The notes under the pieces were generated by a model, which searched no databases, was not told the origin of the DNA, and saw only the letters and a list, made by a program, of their open reading frames with translations. Made by a program: the position numbers and the translations under genes. A stretch of DNA of 64,000 nt, from contig OY762209.1 in assembly GCA_963665295.1 (NCBI GenBank), positions 3,616,001-3,680,000 of the forward strand, in the 5' to 3' direction. The number at the start of each line of letters is the position of its first letter. Position 1 is the stretch's first letter. Positions 17,632 through 27,518 of the stretch are shown here, piece after piece. The stretch comes from Syntrophorhabdaceae bacterium. GTDB taxonomy: Bacteria; Desulfobacterota; Syntrophorhabdia; Syntrophorhabdales; Syntrophorhabdaceae.

Positions 17632-18983
17632 TATTTTTTCCTCCGTCCGTACCCATCTATATGTTTCTGGGGAGCCCGAGTGACTGCCAGGGCGTTCTCG
17701 GGAACATCCTTGGTAATGGTCGAACCTGCGCCGATGACCGCGTTCCTGCCTATCTTCAGGGGAGCCACGAGCGCTGCGTTGCTGCCTATGAATACATTGT
17801 CTTCCATAACCGTCCTGTGTTTCTTCTTCCCGTCATAATTACAAGTTATTGTGCCTGCCCCTATGTTAACGGCCCGGCCTATCTCGGAGTCACCGATATA
17901 GGCGAGGTGGTTTGCCTTGGTGCCCTCGTCCAGGGTTGAGTTTTTCACCTCGACGAAGTTTCCTATATGCACATTCTTCCCGATCGAGGTGGTTGGTCTC
18001 AGGCGGGAGAAGGGTCCTACCTTCGCCCCCTCCTCTATTACAGCCCCGTCTATGCTCACAAAACCTTCAACCTCGACGTTGTCCTTGAGGGTGGACTCTT
18101 TTATCACGGAATTCGGGCCGATGGTAACGTTTTCTCCTATTGTGGTGTTTCCATAGATATGACAGTTCGGGGAGACCACCGTGTCCCTTCCTATGGTGAC
18201 GCGGGCGTCGATGTAGACGCTGCGGTCCAGAAATGTGACCCCTTTTGCGAGAAGGCCGTCCAATATGCGATCCTTCATGGCTATGTTGGCTTCCATCAGT
18301 TCTTTCCGGGTGTTTATGCCGAGTACCTCGGAGGCCTCTCCGTGATGATAGACGCCCACGCTTTTACCCTGTTTTTCCGCGACGGTGCATATGTCGGTGA
18401 GATAATATTCATTCTTTCTGTTGTCGGGGGTGATGGCCTTCAGGAATTCGAAGGCTGTTCGGGGAATGATGCAGATTCCCGTGTTAATTGTCCGGATCAG
18501 CCGCTCGTCGTCCGTGGCGTCTTTCTCTTCCACGATCCGCCGTATCCGTTCACCCTCTATGACTACGCGGCCGTAACCCGTGGGATTGGCCACATCCGTA
18601 ACCATGAATGTGATATCGCCGCTTTTCTCGAAGGAGTCGAGAAAAGATTTGAGTGTGTCGGTCCGGATAAGGGGCACGTCGCCGTAGAGAACGAGGACAG
18701 GGCCGTCTTTGAGCAGGCCTTCCGTGGTGAGGAGGGCGTGGGCGGTGCCCTTCTGTTCGGCCTGGAGTGCGAAGCGGACGTTGCGGTCCTTAAGATGCTC
18801 CTCTATCTGTTCCTTCGCGTGTCCCACAACCACTATGATATTTTCAGGGGAAAGTTCCCCGGCCCTTTCGACTACGTGGCCGATCATGGTGGTTCCCATG
18901 ATCTTATGCATGACCTTGGCCTTAGCGGATACCATCCTCTCGCCTTTACCTGCGGCGAGTATTACTATGTTAAGCCCCTTCAT
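17631..18983 (-). CDS. glmU: Bifunctional UDP-GlcNAc pyrophosphorylase/acetyltransferase
   Basis: ILAAGKGERM, hexapeptide repeats, GAGTITCNYDG; start set at MKGLNIV. Confidence 0.97.
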   Translation of the reverse strand: MKGLNIVILAAGKGERMVSAKAKVMHKIMGTTMIGHVVERAGELSPENIIVVVGHAKEQIEEHLKDRNVRFALQAEQKGTAHALLTTEGLLKDGPVLVLYGDVPLIRTDTLKSFLDSFEKSGDITFMVTDVANPTGYGRVVIEGERIRRIVEEKDATDDERLIRTINTGICIIPRTAFEFLKAITPDNRKNEYYLTDICTVAEKQGKSVGVYHHGEASEVLGINTRKELMEANIAMKDRILDGLLAKGVTFLDRSVYIDARVTIGRDTVVSPNCHIYGNTTIGENVTIGPNSVIKESTLKDNVEVEGFVSIDGAVIEEGAKVGPFSRLRPTTSIGKNVHIGNFVEVKNSTLDEGTKANHLAYIGDSEIGRAVNIGAGTITCNYDGKKKHRTVMEDNVFIGSNAALVAPLKIGRNAVIGAGSTITKDVPENALAVTRAPQKHIDGYGRRKK

Positions 18984-19710
18984 TGCGTATTTCCTCCTTC
19001 TTTCCAAAAATTCGAGTGATGACGATGCTGATTTCGTAGAGCCCCCAAAGCGGTATTACCATGAGCAGTTGGCTCGCCAGGTCCGGCGGCGTAATGATGG
19101 CGCTCAGGATAAATATGCCAAGTATCGCGTACCTTCTCTTGGATGAAAGCATCTTCGCATTGATGATACGCGCCTTGGTAAGGTAAAAGGCCACGAGGGG
19201 CAATTCGAAGATCAGGCCGAAGACAAGGAGGAGCTTGAGGGTAAGGTTCATGTAGTTCTTCAGGTCAGGCATGGGGATAATGAAATCCGCGGCATAACTG
19301 ACGAAAAATCGATAAGTAACGGGCATAACGATGAAGTAGCAGAAAATGGCGCCCGCGAGGAAGCACAAGCTGCCGAAGATGATGAAGGGATAGACGAATT
19401 TCTTTTCCTTTTCATAGAGCCCCGGCGCAATGAACATCCAGAATTCATACAAGATGACGGGCGCCCCCGCAAAGAGCGCCATAACGAAGGATATCTTGAA
19501 ATAGGTGATGAAGGCTTCCGTGATACCCGTAAAAATAAAAGAGCTTTTGGCAGGCATCACCTTTATGAAAGGCTGCATCAGGATGGCGAACACCTTTTCT
19601 TTGAAGTAATAAGTAAAGACAAAGGCAATAGCAATGGCGACGATGCAGACGAGAAGCCTATCCCTCAGTTCCTTCAGATGGGAAGTAAATGGAAGTTTGT
19701 CGTCGGTCAT
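18970..19710 (-). CDS. tatC: Twin-arginine translocase subunit C
   Basis: HLKELRDRL, FIAPGLYEKEK, ITPPD. Confidence 0.96.
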   Translation of the reverse strand: MTDDKLPFTSHLKELRDRLLVCIVAIAIAFVFTYYFKEKVFAILMQPFIKVMPAKSSFIFTGITEAFITYFKISFVMALFAGAPVILYEFWMFIAPGLYEKEKKFVYPFIIFGSLCFLAGAIFCYFIVMPVTYRFFVSYAADFIIPMPDLKNYMNLTLKLLLVFGLIFELPLVAFYLTKARIINAKMLSSKRRYAILGIFILSAIITPPDLASQLLMVIPLWGLYEISIVITRIFGKKEEIRNEGA

Positions 19711-19994
19711 GCGCCCTTTTTCTCATCTTTTCCGCCCTGTTCTGATGGTTCGTCTTTCTTTGTTTCCGTAACAGTGGGAACATGGCTTTCCGCTATTTCC
19801 TCGGGTTTCTTCGTCACCGGTTCTTCCTGGATAACCTCTTCGTCGAAGGTCTCCTTCACCTCGTCTGCCATCCTCTTGAAGTCATTGAAGGCTTTCCCGA
19901 GGGACCGGGCAAGTTCGGGCAGCTTCGAAGGGCCCACAACGAGAAGGGCCACTATCAATATAATGATTATTTCGGGGAGTCCCAATCCAAACAT
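19707..19994 (-). CDS. tatB: Twin-arginine translocase TatA/TatB subunit
   Basis: MFGLGLPEIIIIL...VVGPSKLPELARSLGK. Confidence 0.85.
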   Translation of the reverse strand: MFGLGLPEIIIILIVALLVVGPSKLPELARSLGKAFNDFKRMADEVKETFDEEVIQEEPVTKKPEEIAESHVPTVTETKKDEPSEQGGKDEKKGA

Positions 19995-20101
19995 GATGAT
20001 AAATTATCATAAAAAGATGGAGATATAAATGGCAATCAAAATAAACGGGTGGAGGGCATCCATATTTTTGCAGGAAAGGGAGATTTTTTTTACTCCCCCT
20101 C

Positions 20102-20155
20102 TTGACAATAATTATTATCACCTTAAATTGAATATAAGTTAATAATAATTCTAAG
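20102..20155 (+). promoter_or_regulatory. perR promoter with overlapping Fur/Per-box-like AT-rich sites
   Basis: TTGACA at 20102; CAATAATTATTATCA (20106-20120, near the 7-1-7 TGATAATnATTATCA consensus); second TAATAATAATTCTAA downstream. Confidence 0.6.
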
Positions 20156-20166
20156 TAGAGGCGTTT

Positions 20167-20571
20167 ATGAGTTTAGGCAGTAACGATGAATTGAAGCTTA
20201 CCCCCCAGAGGCTCGCAATTCTGAAATACCTCGATAATAACAAGGAGCACCCGTCAGCGGCGGATATACATAAAGCCATGTCACGAAATTTCCCCACCAT
20301 GTCGCTCGCGACGGTCTACAACACACTTAAGGTGCTGAAACGGTTAAAGAATATACAGGAGCTTTCCATAGATTCCGATAAGAGGAGGTTTGACCCCGAT
20401 ACGGGAGATCATAACCACCTTATCTGTATAAAGTGTAAAAAGATCGTGGACGTGAAGCATGAGTTCAGGCTCGATATTCCCGACGCCGAAAAGCAGGAGT
20501 TCGAGATCATAGGTAACCATGTGGATTTTTACGGTGTATGTCCGGAATGCCGTAATCGGAAGAAGACCTGA
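20167..20571 (+). CDS. perR: Fur-family regulator, PerR-like
   Basis: LTPQRLAIL, HPSA, SLATVYNTL, HNHLICIKC, CPEC; heads oxidative-stress genes. Confidence 0.85.
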   Translation: MSLGSNDELKLTPQRLAILKYLDNNKEHPSAADIHKAMSRNFPTMSLATVYNTLKVLKRLKNIQELSIDSDKRRFDPDTGDHNHLICIKCKKIVDVKHEFRLDIPDAEKQEFEIIGNHVDFYGVCPECRNRKKT

Positions 20572-20673
20572 GACAGTCGTGCGTGAGGACGGGCCCGGCC
20601 CATGAGGAGCAGGGCGGTCCCCGGCACAGGGCGGTTTTAGCATATTTTACTTTTAAAATGGGCGAGGAGGCGA

Positions 20674-22014
20674 ATGATGGATGTTCTGTTGCTCTCACGA
20701 TTGCAGTTCGCGGTGGCCACTTATTTTCACTTCTTGTTCGTCCCTCTCACCTTGGGACTGTCCATACTGCTCGCGGTTATGGAGGTCACCTATGTGAGGA
20801 CCGGGGACCCCGTGTACAAGGCAATGACGAAGTTCTGGGGCAGGCTATTCCTGATCAACTTTGTCATAGGAGTGGCGACGGGGATAACCCTTGAATTTCA
20901 GTTCGGCACCAACTGGTCGAGGTACTCACGGTATGTGGGGGATATATTCGGTCCCCTTCTGGCTGTGGAGGCCACAGTGGCCTTTTTTCTTGAATCGACG
21001 TTTATCGCGGTGTGGGCCTTCGGTTGGAGGCGCCTGTCTCCACGGGTTCATGCGTTGAGTATCTGTCTCGTGGCGATTGCCGCCAATATTTCGGCCTTCT
21101 GGATACTGATCGCCAATTCATGGATGCAAAGCCCCGTCGGATTTGTGATGAAGAACGGGAGACCGGTGCTGAACGACCTGATTGCCGTCATCAGCCAGGG
21201 GTATGCCTGGCTCACGATCATGCACACCCTTGGCGCCGCCTATATCCTCGCAGGGTTCTTCGTGATGGGCATAAGCGCGTACCACATACTTCACAAAAGG
21301 GACCTTGCCTTCTTCCTCAAGTCCTTCAGGATTGCCCTCGTCTTTGCCCTTGTCTTCTCCATCTTTGAGGTGGTGGAGGGGCATATGCACGGTGCGAATC
21401 TCGCGTACAAACAGCCTGCAAAACTCGCTTCCCTGGAGTCTCACTGGACAACCGGGCCCAACGCGCCCCTCTATCTCTTTCTCATTCCGGACCCCGACAA
21501 AGATCGGAACCTGGTGGAGATCGGAGCGATCCCCGGCGGGCTAAGCATCCTGGCGCACCATACACCCTCTGCCGTGGTAAAAGGGCTCAAAGACATCCCG
21601 AAGGATGAGCGACCTCCTGTGACGGCAACCTTTCTTTCGTTTCGTCTCATGGTAGCGCTCGGAATGGTCTTTCTCCTTCTCACCATTATCGGGTGGTTCC
21701 GGAGGAAGAAACTGGAAGAAAGCGGCCCGTTTCTCAAGGTAATGCTCTATGCGATACCCCTTCCATATATTGCGTGCGGCCTGGGATGGACCGTCACCGA
21801 GGTGGGACGTCAGCCATGGATCGTGTACGGGCTTATGAAAACAGCCGACGCAGTCTCGCCCGTGTCGGCCGGCCAGGTTGCGGTCTCCCTCGTCGCATTC
21901 ACGGTGGTTTATTCGCTCCTTGGTGTAACCGCCTTCTATCTCATATCAAAATACGCCCGGAGAGGCCCCGGGGCTTTGCTCAACGCCGCTACGGAAGGAA
22001 GGAGGGTTGACTGA
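20674..22014 (+). CDS. cydA: Cytochrome bd ubiquinol oxidase subunit I
   Basis: LSRLQFA..HFLFVPLT, EFQFGTNW, QPAK, EVGRQPW. Confidence 0.97.
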   Translation: MMDVLLLSRLQFAVATYFHFLFVPLTLGLSILLAVMEVTYVRTGDPVYKAMTKFWGRLFLINFVIGVATGITLEFQFGTNWSRYSRYVGDIFGPLLAVEATVAFFLESTFIAVWAFGWRRLSPRVHALSICLVAIAANISAFWILIANSWMQSPVGFVMKNGRPVLNDLIAVISQGYAWLTIMHTLGAAYILAGFFVMGISAYHILHKRDLAFFLKSFRIALVFALVFSIFEVVEGHMHGANLAYKQPAKLASLESHWTTGPNAPLYLFLIPDPDKDRNLVEIGAIPGGLSILAHHTPSAVVKGLKDIPKDERPPVTATFLSFRLMVALGMVFLLLTIIGWFRRKKLEESGPFLKVMLYAIPLPYIACGLGWTVTEVGRQPWIVYGLMKTADAVSPVSAGQVAVSLVAFTVVYSLLGVTAFYLISKYARRGPGALLNAATEGRRVD

Positions 22015-23039
22015 TGCTTGAGACTATATGGTTCGTTCTCTGGGGGTTGTTGTGGGCCATTTATTTCATGCTCGACGGTTTTGACCTCGGAGTAGGCATG
22101 CTCATGCCCTTTGCCGCGAGGACCGAGGCGGAGAAGCGTCTCGTCTATCATTCCATCGGACCCTTCTGGGACGGGAACGAAGTATGGCTTATCACCGCGG
22201 GCGGGGTAACCTTTGCCGCGTTCCCGGGGGCCTACGCTGTTCTGTTCAGTTCGTTTTATTCGCCCCTCATGCTCGTTCTCTTCGGTCTTATTTTGCGGGC
22301 CGTTTCTCTTGAGTTAAGGGGTAAGGTGGAAACGGACGGGGCCCGTAAGCTCTGGGATACCTGCCTTGCTATCGGCAGTTTTGTTCCGGCCCTGCTCCTG
22401 GGTGTTGCTTTCGCGAACATATTCGAGGGCATCCCCATAGATGGAGAGGGTCTGTTTCACGGGACCATATTCACCCTCCTCAATCCATACGGCCTGATGG
22501 GAGGGGTACTCTATCTTGCCCTGTTCCTCATGCATGGCTCGCTCTGGCTCAACCTGAAGCTGGAGGGCGATATTCAGGCCCGGACCATGGGGATGTCACG
22601 GAGGTTGTGGCCCGTGGTGGTGCTCTTCGCGGTGGTCTTTCTGGTGCTCACTGCGGTCCGGACAAAATTGTTTGCAATCTATGCCGCGAACCCGGTTCTG
22701 TTCCTGATCCTTTTAGGCACTCTCTGCGCCTTGTTCCTTACGCGGTTCTATATAGGTAAGTCCGCCTGGCTGAAAGCGTGGTGGACTCATGGGCTGACGA
22801 TAGTAGGGACCACGCTCTTCGGGGTGGTGGGACTCTACCCGAACCTGCTCCCGTCGAGCCTCAATGAAGCCTTCAACGTCACCATATATAATGCGGCATC
22901 GAGTCCGTTGACTCTCAAGATTATGCTCGTGGTAGCCTTGATCTTCGTGCCTGTCGTGCTCCTCTATCAGGGGTGGGTATACAGGGTATTCGGGGGAAAG
23001 GCGAAAGACGATAGTCTTGATTACGAAGACGGATATTAA
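22014..23039 (+). CDS. cydB: Cytochrome bd ubiquinol oxidase subunit II
   Basis: LDGFDLG, GPFWDGNEVWL. Confidence 0.97.
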   Translation: MLETIWFVLWGLLWAIYFMLDGFDLGVGMLMPFAARTEAEKRLVYHSIGPFWDGNEVWLITAGGVTFAAFPGAYAVLFSSFYSPLMLVLFGLILRAVSLELRGKVETDGARKLWDTCLAIGSFVPALLLGVAFANIFEGIPIDGEGLFHGTIFTLLNPYGLMGGVLYLALFLMHGSLWLNLKLEGDIQARTMGMSRRLWPVVVLFAVVFLVLTAVRTKLFAIYAANPVLFLILLGTLCALFLTRFYIGKSAWLKAWWTHGLTIVGTTLFGVVGLYPNLLPSSLNEAFNVTIYNAASSPLTLKIMLVVALIFVPVVLLYQGWVYRVFGGKAKDDSLDYEDGY

Positions 23040-23082
23040 GTCATGAAGTATAGAAACTAACTAACTACAGGAGGAGACACGT

Positions 23083-23457
23083 ATGGCTGAAAGACTGGAA
23101 GTGTACAAATGTGAGATTTGCGGACATATTATCGAGGTGCTTCACGGCGGGGTGGGACAGCTTGTGTGCTGCAACCAGCCGATGACGTTGATGAAAGAAA
23201 ATACGGTCGACGCGTCATTGGAAAAACACGTGCCCGTGATCGAAACCACGCCTGACGGCATCAGGGTCAAGGTGGGGGCCGTAGCCCATCCCATGGAGGA
23301 AAAACACTACATCGAGTGGGTCGAGATTATCGCGGATGGGAAGGCGTATCGTCAATTCCTGTCTCCCGGCGGCAACCCGGAAGCATTCTTTCCGGTGAAA
23401 GCGGAGAATGTCACCGCGAGAGAATACTGCAATCTCCACGGGCTATGGAAGTCGTGA
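23083..23457 (+). CDS. dfx: Desulfoferrodoxin (2Fe superoxide reductase)
   Basis: YKCEICG..CC, EKHVP, HPM, CNLHGLW. Confidence 0.96.
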   Translation: MAERLEVYKCEICGHIIEVLHGGVGQLVCCNQPMTLMKENTVDASLEKHVPVIETTPDGIRVKVGAVAHPMEEKHYIEWVEIIADGKAYRQFLSPGGNPEAFFPVKAENVTAREYCNLHGLWKS

Positions 23458-23543
23458 GAGAAGAGGCGGCTATAGAGTAAAGGGCCTGCCGGTGTCGGCT
23501 GTAGGGCCGATTAAGGGCGAATTTTATCCATAAGGAGGGACAT

Positions 23544-24119
23544 GTGAAGGGATTGAAGGGCACAAAAACAGAACAGAATCTCCTGGCAAGTTTTGCAGGG
23601 GAATCGCAGGCGAGGAACAGATACACCTATTTTGCCTCGGAGGCAAAGAAGGCCGGCTATGAGCAGATATCCTGGATCTTTCAGGACACGGCGGATAACG
23701 AGAAAGAGCATGCGAAAAGGTTTTTCAAGTTCCTCGAAGGAGGGATGGTGGAGATAACCGCCTCGTACCCCGCCGGTACAATAGGCACGACCCTTGAGAA
23801 CCTCAAAGAGGCGGCGGACGGTGAGAATCTCGAATATACCACCCTCTATCCTGAATTTGCCAGGGTAGCGGACGAGGAAGGGTTTCCGGAGATCGCAGAG
23901 GTGTTCAGGGAAGTGTCCAAGGTGGAGGCCGGCCACGAAAAGAGGTACCTCACCCTCATGAGTAACATAGAGAACGGGAGAGTCTTCAAGAGGGATAAGC
24001 CTGTGAAGTGGCGGTGCAGAAATTGCGGGTACGTGTCGGAAGGGCCGGAGGCGCCCGACGAATGTCCTGCCTGCGCACATCCCCAGGCGTACCAGGAGTT
24101 ACTTGCTGAGAACTATTGA
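23544..24119 (+). CDS. rbr: Rubrerythrin
   Basis: FAGESQARNRY, EKEHA, CRNCG...CPACAHP. Confidence 0.97.
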   Translation: MKGLKGTKTEQNLLASFAGESQARNRYTYFASEAKKAGYEQISWIFQDTADNEKEHAKRFFKFLEGGMVEITASYPAGTIGTTLENLKEAADGENLEYTTLYPEFARVADEEGFPEIAEVFREVSKVEAGHEKRYLTLMSNIENGRVFKRDKPVKWRCRNCGYVSEGPEAPDECPACAHPQAYQELLAENY

Positions 24120-24146
24120 TCCGCCATAGGGCGGCATAGAATTTGT

Positions 24147-24190
24147 ACGAAGGCCCAGGGTCCGCCACGTCGGCTGCCATGGGCCTTCGT
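24147..24190. terminator. Inverted repeat downstream of rbr
   Basis: ACGAAGGCCCA...TGGGCCTTCGT; long loop, no clear U-tract. Confidence 0.35.
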
Positions 24191-24248
24191 CCTACACGAG
24201 AAATACGTCTTTTTCCTTGACACCGCTCTTTCCCATCTGTTAGGTTTT

Positions 24249-24872
24249 GTGCTTATGGACCGGCAAGAAATCCGGAAAATCTACAGTCGGTACGCGGCTG
24301 TCTACGATGTGATTTTTGCAAAGTGGTTCTTTCCCAGAATCAAGCTCGGTCTGGAAAAGATAGGTATAAAGGCGGGAGACAGAATTATCGAGGTGGGAGT
24401 AGGGACGGGTTTGTCTCTGTCTCTTTATCCGCCGTCCTGTAAAGTGATGGCAATCGATATCACAAGGGAAATGCTGAAGAAGGCGAAGCAGAAGAAAGAG
24501 AAATACGGCTTCGATCACGTCTCTCTCTTTGAGATGGACGCCGAAACCATAGGCTTTGCCGATGACAGTTTCGACCACGCCGTGTTGCCTTTCGTGGTGA
24601 GCGTGGTGTCCAACCCGGTCAAAATGATGTCGGAGGTCAAAAGGATAACGAAGAATAACGGTACGATCATCGTCGTAAACCACTTCAGCAGCGGGAACGC
24701 AATACTGGCGGGACTGGAAAAGCTCTTTTCCCCCTTATTCCTGCAACTGGGGTGGAAGGCTGCGGTGCCCTTGGAATTACTGGCCAATCACTGTGGTCTT
24801 CATATCGAGGAGATCTCAAAGAAACACAAATTCGATCTTTGGTCTGTCCTATACGCCACAAACAAGAAATAA
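24249..24872 (+). CDS. Class I SAM methyltransferase (PmtA-like phospholipid N-methyltransferase)
   Basis: YSRYAAVYD, IEVGVGTG, EMDA. Confidence 0.8.
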   Translation: MLMDRQEIRKIYSRYAAVYDVIFAKWFFPRIKLGLEKIGIKAGDRIIEVGVGTGLSLSLYPPSCKVMAIDITREMLKKAKQKKEKYGFDHVSLFEMDAETIGFADDSFDHAVLPFVVSVVSNPVKMMSEVKRITKNNGTIIVVNHFSSGNAILAGLEKLFSPLFLQLGWKAAVPLELLANHCGLHIEEISKKHKFDLWSVLYATNKK

Positions 24873-24875
24873 CTC

Positions 24876-25691
24876 ATGAAAATAGCCGGAATACAGTTCG
24901 CATGCTCCAAGGATAAAGAGAAGAATACGGAAAAGGCGCTGAAGATCGTCGATATGGCCATCGAGGCGGGGGCAGAAATTATCTGTTTGCAGGAGCTTTT
25001 TAACCTGCCCTGGTTTCCCAAAGGCAAGGACGAGCAGGCCTTCTCCATGGCTGAACCGGTCGAAGGGGATCTGGTGAAGCGGATACAGGATAAGAGCGCG
25101 TCAAGCAACACGGTGATCCTCGTACCTCTCTTTGAAAAGGAAGGTCCCCGCTACTTCAATAGTTGTGTTGTTGTCGATCGGGGCGAAGTAAAGGGGGTAT
25201 ACAGGAAGATTCACGTCCCTGATATCCCGTTGTGGGAGGAGAAATTTTACTTTTCCACCGGCGATAAGGGGTTTCCCGTGTTTGAAACCTCCCGCGGAAA
25301 GGTAGGGGTCCAGATATCGTGGGATAACCTTTTTCAGGAAGGGACGAGAATACTCTCTCTGAAGGGCGCTGATATGGTGTTTGCTCCCACTGCGTGCGCT
25401 TTCAAATCGCAGCATATATGGCAGACCGTCATATCGGGGAACGCCATCACCAATGGCCTCTATGTGATGAGGATCAACAGGGTGGGAAGCGAGGATGTCC
25501 AGGATTTCTATGGCATGAGCTTCTGCGTGAACCCTGAGGGAGAGCTTATTGGCGGTCCCACCGGGGGCGGCGACAGCGTGCTGCTCGCGGACGTGGACCT
25601 GGAGTATTTGAAGCAGGTGAGGAGGGAATGGCCTATAATGAGAGAGAGAAGGCCGGACCTTTACAAAGAGATATTAATGGAGGCCCTATGA
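24876..25691 (+). CDS. Carbon-nitrogen hydrolase (AguB-like) with Ser at the catalytic Cys position
   Basis: CLQELF, YRKIHVP, EKFYF, GVQISWD. Confidence 0.85.
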   Translation: MKIAGIQFACSKDKEKNTEKALKIVDMAIEAGAEIICLQELFNLPWFPKGKDEQAFSMAEPVEGDLVKRIQDKSASSNTVILVPLFEKEGPRYFNSCVVVDRGEVKGVYRKIHVPDIPLWEEKFYFSTGDKGFPVFETSRGKVGVQISWDNLFQEGTRILSLKGADMVFAPTACAFKSQHIWQTVISGNAITNGLYVMRINRVGSEDVQDFYGMSFCVNPEGELIGGPTGGGDSVLLADVDLEYLKQVRREWPIMRERRPDLYKEILMEAL

Positions 25692-25858
25692 GTGATGAAC
25701 CTCCCGTTTGCACCATATGTGCGTGGAGAAAGGATTGTCAGAAAAGGTTTCTGAAAAGCCGCGAAATCAAATTGAGGTGTCCTGATTTTGCAAAGGACCT
25801 GTCGATAAAGAATACGGAGAAAGCGGATGCTGAAAAGAAAGATAGCGGCCATAATTGA
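25688..25858 (+). CDS. Small Cys-rich hypothetical protein
   Basis: CTICAWRKDC...CPDF; ATGA overlap upstream and overlap with argS. Confidence 0.6.
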   Translation: MSDEPPVCTICAWRKDCQKRFLKSREIKLRCPDFAKDLSIKNTEKADAEKKDSGHN

Positions 25859-27485
25859 AGGCTCGCTGGATAGTTACAGGGCAAAAGGGGCAATACCCCC
25901 GGACCTCGTTCTAAAACCTATTATTGAATCCCCCAGAGAAGAGGGATTTGGCGATTATTCCTCGAATATTGCCTTTTTCCTCGCGCCGAAATTCAGGAAG
26001 AGCCCTCCCGAGATAGCGAAAATGCTCGTTGAAGCCATGGTCTTTGACGATGTATGCGACAAGGTGGAAGTGGCCGGCAAGGGGTTCATCAATTTTTACC
26101 TCAAGGACGGGGCTTGGCGAAAGGCCCTGAAGGAAGTGCATGACGCAGGCGTGGGTTCTCTTTACCCGGACGTGGGACGCGGCAGGAAAGCCCTCATAGA
26201 GTTTGTAAGCTCAAACCCCACGGGGCCGCTGCATATAGGCCACGGAAGAGGGGCTGCGGTGGGCGATGTCCTCGCCAACCTGATGAAGAAGACGGGCTAT
26301 GACGTGGTGAAAGAATACTACGTCAATGATGCGGGGAAGCAGATACAAACCCTGGGTGAATCGACCTACCTCAGATGGAAAGAATCGAGGGGAGAAACCG
26401 TCGAATACGGGAAAAACCTTTACCAGGGAGACTACGTAAAAGATATCGCCGCCCTCATTGTCGAGAAGGGTGTTGAAGTGCCGGAAGGCAGGGACGAGGC
26501 GGTGAAGCTCATGGCCTCCTTTGCGGCTGAAGTGGTAATGAAGAGCATTGAAGAAGACCTCGAAGCCTTCGGTGTAAAATTTGACAATTACTTCAGGGAG
26601 TCATCCCTCTATGAGAGGGGCATTGTGGAGGAAACCCTGGAACTGCTCAAGAAAAAAGACTATGCATACGAGAAGGACGATGCCTTGTGGTTCCGGACGA
26701 GCCTCTTTGAAAAGGACGAAGACAGGGTCCTTATCAAGTCGGACGGGGAAAAGACCTATTTTGCTTCGGATATTGCCTACCATCGTGACAAACTCGACAG
26801 GGGTTTCGACCTGCTCGTTGACATCTGGGGTTCCGACCATCACGGGTATATTCCGAGAATGAAGGCCGGCCTGAATGCCCTCGGAAGAGACAAAGAGGCA
26901 TTAAAAGTCCTTCTTATTCAGTTTGTGACCCTGCTGAAGGATGGGAAACCGGTAGGGATGTCGACCAGATCAGGAGAGTTTACCACCTTGAGGGAGGTCC
27001 TGGACGAGGTCGGAACGGATGCGGCGAGATTCTTCTTTCTCATGAGAAAGAGCGACGCCCATCTGGAGTTCGACCTTGACCTTGCGAAAAAGACGTCGAA
27101 TGAGAACCCTGTTTATTATGTCCAGTATGCCCATGCAAGAATCGAGAGCATTTTCAGGAAAGCGGGAGAGAGCGGCATTGACCTGGGATTGGTGGACAGG
27201 GCCAATACGGACCTTCTTACGCTTAAGGAGGAGATGAACCTGATCAAGGCCATTCTTGAGTATCACGATGTCCTTGAAGGCGGGGCGCGGAGTTCCGAGC
27301 CTCATCGTGTAACCTTCTACCTCCTCGATCTTGTAGGGAAGTTCCACAGTTACTATAATAAAGCCAGAGTGGTAAGCGATGATACCGAACTAACCCTCGC
27401 CAGGTTGTTTCTCCTCAGGATGTTGCAGGAGATTATCAGGGACGGATTGGCTATTCTCGGTGTGTCCGCGCCCGAGAAGATGTAA
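25827..27485 (+). CDS. argS: Arginine--tRNA ligase
   Basis: EFVSSNPTGPLHIGHGRG, MSTRSG, YVQYAHAR. Confidence 0.98.
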   Translation: MLKRKIAAIIEGSLDSYRAKGAIPPDLVLKPIIESPREEGFGDYSSNIAFFLAPKFRKSPPEIAKMLVEAMVFDDVCDKVEVAGKGFINFYLKDGAWRKALKEVHDAGVGSLYPDVGRGRKALIEFVSSNPTGPLHIGHGRGAAVGDVLANLMKKTGYDVVKEYYVNDAGKQIQTLGESTYLRWKESRGETVEYGKNLYQGDYVKDIAALIVEKGVEVPEGRDEAVKLMASFAAEVVMKSIEEDLEAFGVKFDNYFRESSLYERGIVEETLELLKKKDYAYEKDDALWFRTSLFEKDEDRVLIKSDGEKTYFASDIAYHRDKLDRGFDLLVDIWGSDHHGYIPRMKAGLNALGRDKEALKVLLIQFVTLLKDGKPVGMSTRSGEFTTLREVLDEVGTDAARFFFLMRKSDAHLEFDLDLAKKTSNENPVYYVQYAHARIESIFRKAGESGIDLGLVDRANTDLLTLKEEMNLIKAILEYHDVLEGGARSSEPHRVTFYLLDLVGKFHSYYNKARVVSDDTELTLARLFLLRMLQEIIRDGLAILGVSAPEKM

Positions 27486-27518
27486 TGACGAGACTGATGG
27501 GGCGCTAAAGGAGCAGAG

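Noticed and set aside
15979..17838. 619-aa plus-strand ORF and other long antisense ORFs (e.g. 17967-19019, 44865-46025, 48562-49677)
   Set aside because: Shadow frames of well-supported genes in GC-biased DNA
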